A stretch of 38,492 bases of DNA from positions 1-38,492 of the forward strand of contig JBJTAQ010000093.1 in the NCBI GenBank assembly GCA_046090945.1. Reading direction: 5' to 3'. Of the stretch, positions 26,936 to 36,100 are shown in pieces (positions within the stretch are counted from its first letter, which is position 1; every line of letters begins with the position of its first letter). Below the pieces are notes generated by a model. The model made no database searches, was not told the DNA's origin, and saw only the letters and a list, made by a program, of their open reading frames with translations. A program made the position numbers and the translations under genes. This stretch comes from Pirellula sp. Lineage in GTDB: Bacteria > Planctomycetota > Planctomycetia > Pirellulales > Pirellulaceae.

Positions 26936-28090
26936 ATGAACGCGACTTTGGTTGGTGCAGCTCGTCGAACCGTTTTCGCAGGCACGATCGCCGCATGCGT
27001 TTTCGGGGCCAATACCAGCTTATCGAATGCTCTTTTGGCATTCGATCATCCGGCCCCTACCGACACATCCACGCGAAAGGGAGCGGTCGCTTGCGAGCAA
27101 TCCGAGAATGCCGAAAGTGAAACCCCCAGCACCAAGAGCAAGAGAACATCCGATGTCGCGACCCTCAAAGAGTCCGGTCAGCAAACCAACGTGACTCTAG
27201 CTCAATGGGTCGCCGATTGGATGAAGAATCCTCGCCGAGTCACCGCGAAACTTGCAATCCATGGTGTGGTACCTGAGATCGAACTCCAAGCCGTCATCCC
27301 AGCGTCTCAGCAAAAAATCTGCGTCAATGGCAAATGCTACGAAGTCGACGACAAGACCGTCGAGGGTAAGCCCTGCGATGATCCTCATGCGTCTGAAAAA
27401 GCCTCAGAAGAAGAGCCGATCAGCGAGGCTCCTGTGGCTCCTCCCATCCCTCCGAGTTTCCCGTTCGCGCTGCAAAACACCGATCAAGAAACTTCGATCC
27501 TCGAACTTCAGATCGACGGTGGACCCTATTCGCAGGGCTTCGTCGCTCAGGACATGGGCTTGCGAAACGATCCGTCGGAGGATCTCTTTGGATCACTGGC
27601 TCAGGTGCAGGTCTCGGTGCCTGCCAGCACCCTTGTGGCCTACATGGTCGCTCATGCTCAAAACACAATTCGTTTGGAGATGACCGAGCAGCTTGCTGCC
27701 GAGCGGGCGATGTACGCCCAACGCTATGAACTGCTGTTGCAACACAATCAACAGCTTCAAACGCAATTGGCAGTTTTAGAAGCCCGTCAGTTGGCGCACA
27801 CGGCAGTGGACCCATCGATGAGTACTACCGACTTGGCTCAAGACAAGCGATGCCAAAGCTTAACAGCCTCGAAAGAGGACTGGGATGCAATCCAAGAGGA
27901 TCTATCGAACATCCGGCGTCAGATCGCTCTGCTGAAAAAGAGCGATCCAGTACCCTTTGCCTCCAGCAACATCGGGACTGAACCAAGCAATCCTTCGCGG
28001 CAACCTCAAGCCTGGCGGACCGCCCGCTCGATCCCCTATGTGCCGGTTTTCCCCGCCGAGAACAAGAGTCCTGAGACGACCAAAAAGTAG
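26936..28090 (+). CDS. Hypothetical exported protein with C-terminal coiled coil
   Basis: GGGAG RBS before the ATG at 26936; hydrophobic N-terminus; heptads YELLLQHNQQLQTQLAVLEA and IQEDLSNIRRQIALL. Confidence 0.65.
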   Translation: MNATLVGAARRTVFAGTIAACVFGANTSLSNALLAFDHPAPTDTSTRKGAVACEQSENAESETPSTKSKRTSDVATLKESGQQTNVTLAQWVADWMKNPRRVTAKLAIHGVVPEIELQAVIPASQQKICVNGKCYEVDDKTVEGKPCDDPHASEKASEEEPISEAPVAPPIPPSFPFALQNTDQETSILELQIDGGPYSQGFVAQDMGLRNDPSEDLFGSLAQVQVSVPASTLVAYMVAHAQNTIRLEMTEQLAAERAMYAQRYELLLQHNQQLQTQLAVLEARQLAHTAVDPSMSTTDLAQDKRCQSLTASKEDWDAIQEDLSNIRRQIALLKKSDPVPFASSNIGTEPSNPSRQPQAWRTARSIPYVPVFPAENKSPETTKK

Positions 28091-28157
28091 TCGATTACAA
28101 TACAAGGCGTTTGCGAACGAACGCGTCACCCTTGTATTCTCCTAAGGACAACTAACT

Positions 28158-30086
28158 ATGTGCGGTATTGCAGGTGGAGTATGGTCCGCACAAGCAACCG
28201 GTTTGTCTTTAGATCAGCTCCGCGCGATGACCGATTCGATCCTGCATCGCGGTCCTGATGATGAAGGCCTCTGGCTCTCCCCTCCTAGCCAACAAGCGAA
28301 CTTCCTGGCAAACCCAACCTGGAATTCCGGTGTCGCGCTTGGATTCCGACGTCTTGCCATCATCGATTTGGATACCGGTCGTCAACCTATGTCGAACGAG
28401 GATCAATCGATACGATTGGTCTTCAACGGCGAGATATACAATTATCGCGAACTGAGGCATCGCCTCGAAGCTTCCGGACATCGTTTCGCTTCTCAGAGCG
28501 ACACCGAAACCATCGTCCATTTGTACGAGGACCTCGGAACCGATTGCTTCAAGCACTTCAACGGCATGTTCGCCATCGCGATCTGGGATTCCACCAAAGA
28601 CCGATTGATACTCGCCCGCGATCGACTCGGCAAAAAACCTTTATTCTACTGGCACGATACAGACCGATTATTTTTTGCCAGCGAACTCAAAGCGCTTCGT
28701 CGAGTATCGGGTTTTCCACAAGAGATCGACTACAACGCGATCGATGCGTATCTGACCTACCAGTACATCCCTCATCCGATGACGATCTACAAGGGAGTCC
28801 ACAAACTCCCACCGGGTCACTTCTTGATCCTCGAGAATGGTCGCCTTGAGATCCAACCATACTGGGATATCGACTGGTCCCATGAGGCCCCCATGAGCCT
28901 CCAGCAGGCGAAATCGGAGCTCAGGCAACGGTTGACGGCCGCCGTCGAGCGTCGCTTGCGAAGCGATGTTCCTCTGGGAGCATTTCTTTCCGGGGGAATC
29001 GACTCGTCGTTGGTCTGCGCGATCGCACAAAAAATGCTTCAAACTCCTCTTCGCACTTTTGCGATCGGCTTCTCCGAAGCCGACTTTGATGAGACCCAGT
29101 ATGCAGCTTCTGTTGCCAAACAGCTTGGAACCGAGCACCAGCGATTTGAAGTGCAGCCTGACGCGGTGGGTATTCTCGATGCTCTCGTCGATCACTACGA
29201 TGAACCCTTTAGCGATTCAAGCGCCGTGCCAACTTGGTACCTGTGCGAATTAACTCGGAAATCCGTCACCGTCGCGCTCAGCGGTGACGGTGGCGACGAA
29301 CTCTTTGGTGGATACGATCGGTACCGCGCGCTGCAACTGAGCGAACAACTCCAACACTGGCTTCCTGTCGGTTGGCTTTCCCGCTCGAGACTCATCCGAA
29401 GTCTACCCGACTCCAACGCGCGCCGATCGCTGCTACGACGCATTCGTAGGTTTTGTGAAGCGCTCGGACAGCCCGCACCCCTACGCTACATGAATTGGAT
29501 TCAGATATTCAGCGAAGCTGCGCGAGTTCAACTATTCCAAGACTCCTTCATCGAATCCTTACCCGATCAAGATCCATTCACATTTCTCAATCAAGCTTGG
29601 TCGAAGGCGAACCCTAAGAAGCGAGATCCGATGAGCTGCGCCATGGCTGCAGATCTGCAAACCTATGTCCCATGCGATCTAATGACCAAGGTCGATATGG
29701 CATCGATGCGACACTCGCTCGAAGCTCGTCAGCCCTTCCTCGATTACACTCTGGTTGAATGGGCGATGAGCCTGCCGCTGCATCTCAAAATGCACCGCGG
29801 ACAAGGCAAGTGGCTGCTGCGCGAGACGTTCAAGGACGATCTGCCAGCGGAAATTTGGACGAGACCTAAAATGGGCTTCGGTATCCCCATCGCCAAATGG
29901 TTCCGTACCTCTCTCAAAGAACGTACGATCGATGCACTGCTTGGATCCGATGCCCGCTGCCACCGGTTTTTCCGACCGGAAGCAGTCCGGCAACTGGTTG
30001 ACCAGCACATGCAAGGCCGCGTCAACCAATGCTATCGACTCTGGAACCTTCTGGTCCTTGAACTGTGGCTTCGCAAACAGGGGTGA
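28158..30086 (+). CDS. asnB: Asparagine synthase (glutamine-hydrolysing) family amidotransferase
   Basis: MCGIAG, HRGPD, FNGEIYNY, LSGGIDSS, SGDGGDELFGGY, KMGF. Confidence 0.95.
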   Translation: MCGIAGGVWSAQATGLSLDQLRAMTDSILHRGPDDEGLWLSPPSQQANFLANPTWNSGVALGFRRLAIIDLDTGRQPMSNEDQSIRLVFNGEIYNYRELRHRLEASGHRFASQSDTETIVHLYEDLGTDCFKHFNGMFAIAIWDSTKDRLILARDRLGKKPLFYWHDTDRLFFASELKALRRVSGFPQEIDYNAIDAYLTYQYIPHPMTIYKGVHKLPPGHFLILENGRLEIQPYWDIDWSHEAPMSLQQAKSELRQRLTAAVERRLRSDVPLGAFLSGGIDSSLVCAIAQKMLQTPLRTFAIGFSEADFDETQYAASVAKQLGTEHQRFEVQPDAVGILDALVDHYDEPFSDSSAVPTWYLCELTRKSVTVALSGDGGDELFGGYDRYRALQLSEQLQHWLPVGWLSRSRLIRSLPDSNARRSLLRRIRRFCEALGQPAPLRYMNWIQIFSEAARVQLFQDSFIESLPDQDPFTFLNQAWSKANPKKRDPMSCAMAADLQTYVPCDLMTKVDMASMRHSLEARQPFLDYTLVEWAMSLPLHLKMHRGQGKWLLRETFKDDLPAEIWTRPKMGFGIPIAKWFRTSLKERTIDALLGSDARCHRFFRPEAVRQLVDQHMQGRVNQCYRLWNLLVLELWLRKQG

Positions 30087-30121
30087 GTCCAATTTTCATT
30101 AGCCGTCATAGCGTAGTCAGG

Positions 30122-33100
30122 TCAAGGAATCGGGCGGATCCAGTTTCCGGTGGCTGGGTCGATGCGCAAGTGGTAGAAAAGTCGGATCGTTTCCTTCTGT
30201 CGTTCGGTCAAGCGGTTCCTTCCAGGCTCTTGTTCCAGAAAGCCCACGTCCCACAATTCGAGCGTGCACCACGCAAGTCGTCTTGGGTAATGCGTGTAGG
30301 GCGACTGCTGAATCAACCCGTCCCTCAGTATCGCGATTCCGCTACCGGCGGGTGCCAATTCATTGGCAACTTCTAGGGAAAACGCCAGAAGACCGCTGAA
30401 CTGATCTTTCTGGAATCCATACGGACCGGGTCTCCACTTGCGTACGGTGCAATCGATCAACGCGCGGTAATACTCCTCGTCGGTCATCGGTATCCAATTT
30501 TCCAATTTAGCCGCAAACAGACTTTTCTGATGAATTTCCATCTGTTCAAGCGGATCGCTAATCCCCAAGAGTTGCAGTTTTCCGGAAAGCGGTGAACTTA
30601 GGATACGCGCGATATCGGGATCGATCGATTGGTATCTGAATTCGACATGGCCATCCTCAGCCGCCATCTCGATCATGGCCCTCATGTTCAATCGTTGAAG
30701 AATTGGGTTGCTTCGAAAGTGCCCACCTATTTCCCCGTGCGCACCTGGGGACTTCATCAACTTGAGCTTCGAAATCCCGTTGGGATACAACTGCGTGGCC
30801 GGAAAGAAACTTCGATCTTCATTCGCGGCATAGATCACTCCGATGGCTTTCACATTCCTGGCTGGAACCGATCCGACGTAATTACCCCATCGTCCTTGGG
30901 GTGACCATTGGATCAGCTCGGAGCTCTGCCCGGGTAGCACATACGAATAAACAGGATCGAATAGTCCAAGGAATTCAATATCGATCCGATACCTTTGCAT
31001 GCGTCTTGAAAATTCGACAGCCATCGCCGCACCACGGCTCCAACCAAAAATGTGAATTTTCTGATGGCCTCGGTAATGGGCTAGGATGTCCGCTTCGATT
31101 CGATCGAGAATCGCTGCCCAACCGTACCCGGCACCGTTGTCTGCATGGAGATACCAATCCGAATCATACTCGGTCGGATTACCAACACCACCATAGTAGA
31201 ATTTGCTCCCTTGGTAGAGATTGTAGAGTCGTTCGACGTTGCCGATTTTATGAACGTGCATCCCTGTGCCACCGATAAAAATCCCATACTGCTTGGATTG
31301 GATATCGATCGTGAACGGAGAGATCAACCCATCGATCAGTGTGCTGATCTGATCGGAACTTCCGAGAATCAGCTCGTCTGACCATTTCCTCAGCGCGCTG
31401 TAGAGCACTCGCTTCCCACTGGGCAAATAAATCCATCCGAATCGATCGAGCTGACCAAGTGGGATCTCTGAGGTCTGGATCACTGGATTCCCCTCGATGC
31501 GACTCGGCTCGATGCCGATCGCATATTGCCAGTATACGATCCCCTCTCGCACAATCACTTGATCCTGATACGCGACTCTCCTTGCGGTCGAGCACCTGAG
31601 TAGCAAATCCGATTGGGACCCGTCGCAATCGTTCCCGACATGCTTGCGGTACTTATCAAGCAAGTCCTTCACTCGCTGACTTGTATTCCTCCCGTAAATC
31701 GCCCCGTAACTGTCGCTTGCATAGCTGAGCAGTTCGTCCCACTGCGTTTGATCATCGATAAAGAAACGCTTGCTCGACTCCTGCACTGGGGTTTGTACTG
31801 GCACCGGTGGTAGACTTAATTCCCAACCCAGATTTCGGGGTGAAATCAAGTCTGAATGATCGGGTCGTTGCAACGCTGGAAGCATCCGGCCATGCAAGTC
31901 CAGCCATTGGGAGGCAACGAACGACAACTCAGGATCTACCCGCGATGAGGCTTGTTGGGTCGCTGGTGACTCTGGGATCAACAATTGTGTTGGTGTTTTG
32001 GTGGCCGTCGGTAAATCGCGCCCATGGCTTAACGGATCCCACGAACCGGCCGCTAACTCCAACTCCTGGAACTTGGAATTCTCCCCCAATTCACGAATCC
32101 GATCGACGGACTTATCCAACGCCCAATACGGCGCTGAAAACTGCTCCCGAGGGGAACGAATCCAGGCCAGGAATCCGGTATCTCTCCAAGTAAAAGGATC
32201 GTCACTGCTCAGACTCATCGTTTGACTGAAGACCAAATCGTACCTTCGATCGCCACTGGTTCGTGCTGGTCGGGGGATACTCGGGGCTTGGGGTATTGTC
32301 AGAAATCCAGCGTCGGCATGATTGTTTCTCGCCGAAAGACGTATCGCTTGAATGAGAACCTGCTCAACACTCCAATCGAGGTTCGCTACCGTGCGTCTTG
32401 CAAGATCGCTTGCGAACCACCCCCCCTGATCCGCCACCCGCTGCAGCTCCGCTTGGATCTTCTCATGATCTACCTGCTGTCGGCTTTGCGCGAGGATCTT
32501 CAACTCGCTCGCTGCTGCCTGCGCTTGTGCCTGAGACTCCTTGGCCTGGGTAATATCCAGATAGAATTGACTCCACGCACTATCGAGCTCAATGTCGATG
32601 TCATGAGCCGCATCGATCCGTAGATCCGAAACATTACGAACATACTGTTCGTAGGCACTTACCGAGCTCAATTCAGAATCTCGGTAAGCCTCTGCCTCCT
32701 TGTCGATAAGTACCTTCCTAGCCGTCCGCATCTGCTGAGCTAAGAGCGATTCCCGAGTGATCTGCAAGAGTCGATCCGATCGTTCGAGTTGAGCCTCAGC
32801 GGCCCGCTTGTCTGCCAACGCTTCGAGGCGAGCCTGGTTCCACTGCGGAATGATCCACTCGAATCCCGACTCATGAAACTCTTTGGCCTGCTCCAGTCGC
32901 TGCCGGTACTTGTACACATCGAAATCCCTTTGAAACTCCAGCTCCGCAAGAGCGATCTGATTGGAGGTGAGCCGCTCGGACGCGTTGATCTGGTGGACCA
33001 TCCGCAGCGCGGGGGCCTGAACCTCCGCGATGTAGTCGAGCATCGCTTGGCTAGCAGTTTCCAGGGACCCCGCATCCTGCTGAATCTCCGATTCTCTGAA

Positions 33101-36100
33101 CGCGAATTCCGCAACACTTACTGCCTCAGATTGCTCTAGTTGTGCTCTCGCAATTTTTTCCGTGTAGCGAATATCCGCTCGATAGTGCGAGTCTGCCAAT
33201 CGTCTTTCCTCGGCGTTCGAGGACTCAATGCTCTCCGACTGGCTCTCGGCCAATCGCAATAAAAACTCTGCCCAATCCCCAAGCACAACTTGTCTGAGTT
33301 CCTCTCTTGCGTCGATCCTAGCGATGGCGGCCGCAGAGAGCCAATTGCATAAGGCATCGGCAAAGACCATCTGCAGCCGACCCGAGGTGGAACCATGGTC
33401 GATTTGAAATTCGAAGCGTGCCTGTGCCATGGCATCCGAAAGAGACTTTCGCAATTGCGACACGCTGCGTTCTAGACCCGTATCAAGCTGGTTCAAGCGG
33501 AGACTCTGGAGTTGCGTTTGCTGGGCGTTTTGAAGACTCTCAGCGAGCGTTAGCCCAACGCTTCGATCCTTCCAATCCATCAAGGCTTGAGAATCGCTGA
33601 CCGCCTGAAGGTATCTTGCCTCTGCCATCAGCAAGCTTTTCTCGCGGGCTTGCTCGAAACCTGTACGCCCCTGAATTTTCATCACCTGAGCTTTGGTTTC
33701 CGCATCCTCGACCGCTTGTAGATACGCCAACTCGTGAGAATGCACCAGTAGCCGGTACTCGAGATCCAAGCGTCGCTGATCCTCAACGGTCGTATCGGAC
33801 CTGCTCATTTTCTCCAGCCTGAATTCAAACTCAACTGCGGATTTCTCGCGCTGAGTTTTCCTTTTGATACGATCGGTGTGATCGAGAAAGGATTCCTCAG
33901 CGACGCGCTCAGCGATTGCACGGTCCTGTGCGGCCTTCAAATCCTGCTGGGATTGATCCGCTTGGGCTGCGGCTCGAGCGACGACCCAAGCGGTGAAATC
34001 AGGCGACACATCCAGAATCCATTGAGCATATCCAGTCGCATGCGCAGCGAGCGCCTGAGCACGAGCATCCTGGTCTGATGCTTCATGCAATCGATCGGCA
34101 TCGATCCGTGCAATCGCATGATGATACTGGCCCTGAGCATCAACCCAGCTCCGTTGGTAGTCGATCCAGGAGCGGTCTATACGCTGCTGATATCCCCGCT
34201 CAATCGAGTTCCTTTTCAGCGTCGATGTGATCCCCTCGGTTCGGTCTTGATCGGCCTTTCTAATCTCGATCTCATCCTTTTGCTGGATAAATTCCGCTTG
34301 GGAATTCTCGTACAATCGTTTTTCATGGATCTCGGTTGTGAGCGTCGCTCGAGCGAGGAGTTCGTCGGCTTGATTCGTTGCTAGGATTCGCTGTTGGCTT
34401 GCCTTGTAGAGCTCTTCGATTCTCTGCGATCTTGCCTGGCCGATGGCTAGAGCAAACTCGACCCGCAGTTGATCCTGGACGGAATTCCAAATGCTTTGTA
34501 TTTCGGCCAATCTTGTTTGCAATTCCCCGCTTGGTGAGCGATTGGTGAAACCAGCAAGTTGATCGTTGGGCAGCGGTTGATATCGCCAAAATATTCCTGT
34601 CTGATTGTCCCTGCCAACTTTCAAACCCAACCACTCGTCAATGGGGCGTCGAAAGATTGACAGGGCGGGCCCAGGGGCCGAGTGGATTTGAAGGTAGTAG
34701 GATTTCCAAATCTCTCCGACTTGCTCGGCCATCTTTTGGTGCTGCTCGGAGAGTTGTCGGTTGAGGTCGGCAAGTGCATCGGCTGATTGAAGGTCGTACT
34801 GAGACTTGAGAATCGCTTCAGCCTTTTGATAAGCATGCATCAGCTCCTGGGAGCTGATCATCCATTCCGCATGATGGCGAGCTTGCTCGATCCTAGCCGC
34901 TCGATCGATTTCGGCGGTTTCGTTCTCGAATTGCTCCTGAAGATCGTGGATTTGATTGCTGATTTGTCGATGACGATTATTCGACTCCGCTTGGAAGGCT
35001 CTTTGATGGGTCGCCCCAGAGAGTTCCTTCCAAACCAACGCCTCTCGAATACTTGATTCCCGTTGCGCGATAGCCAGAGACTGCTGCTTGAGTAGCGATC
35101 GGGATTGGGGATCAAGCTTTCGATAGATCTCCTCAAGCTCCCGTGCTTGATCCTCGATCATCCTTCTTTGATATTTCGTTCGGGACTCAGCCTGCCGCAA
35201 CCCATACATCGCCTCGAATTCGGATTGGAGATTTCCTTCCCGTTCCATCCATAAATTTTCAAATTCCAATGCATCAAATTGTATCCTGCGAATATTCCTA
35301 CCAAGTTCATAACGGTTTTGGGAGATCGCATCCTGACGGGTAATCTGAATTTCTCCGAGCCGCTGGATGTAACGATCTTGGGCAGCTTGAATTTCCTGGG
35401 CGAGCAATCGTTCCGCTTGATCATGAAGGACAGACTTTGGCATGTCTTCCAACCAAGCCCAACGAGCACCGATGGGTTTGGCCGTTTCGAGTTCCATTGC
35501 GATAGATCGGACCAATTCGGCCCGTTCGGTGCGCAAAGCGCTGTCAGCAAGGTTTTTTTCTTGCATGTGATCGCTTTGAATCTTTTCTATTTTGTCGGAA
35601 TAGACCCGATCAATCATTCTGACTTGTTCCGCGTACCGATCCCAATCGAGATTGCTATCGATCAGTTCGTGCCAGAGTTGATGGATCGCCATCGAGTGCC
35701 TGTACCTAGCATCCGCCTGCTGCAGACTTGCCTCGAGCTGGGCAGACGCAAGCTGCCGATCAGCCAGTGCAGTTCGATCGACGAGTTCAATCCTCAAAGG
35801 CAAGAGCGTAGGCTTGGCAACCAAGGGGCGATTGAAATTCGGGCCGAACTCTGGGATTTGGCTAGTTCCTGCGGTTTGCACCGCGAATCGATACTTGGCT
35901 TCAGCCAGCGATCTTGCCAATTCGCCTGACGCCGCTAGTTGATTTTCGAGGTACTGAAGATGGATTTCGGCTGAGGCTGAATCGCTCTGAAGCTCGATCT
36001 GCTTTGACTCGAGCTGATCTGCGTCTCGGCGACTTGAGGATTGGATCGAGCGATCGAGGGATAGTTGCGCCTCTTGAATCCCCATACTGCGCGACCACAC

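Noticed and set aside
28158-30086. Lasso peptide cyclase
   Set aside because: Intact Cys2 glutaminase domain, and no precursor, B1/RRE or B2 protease gene nearby.
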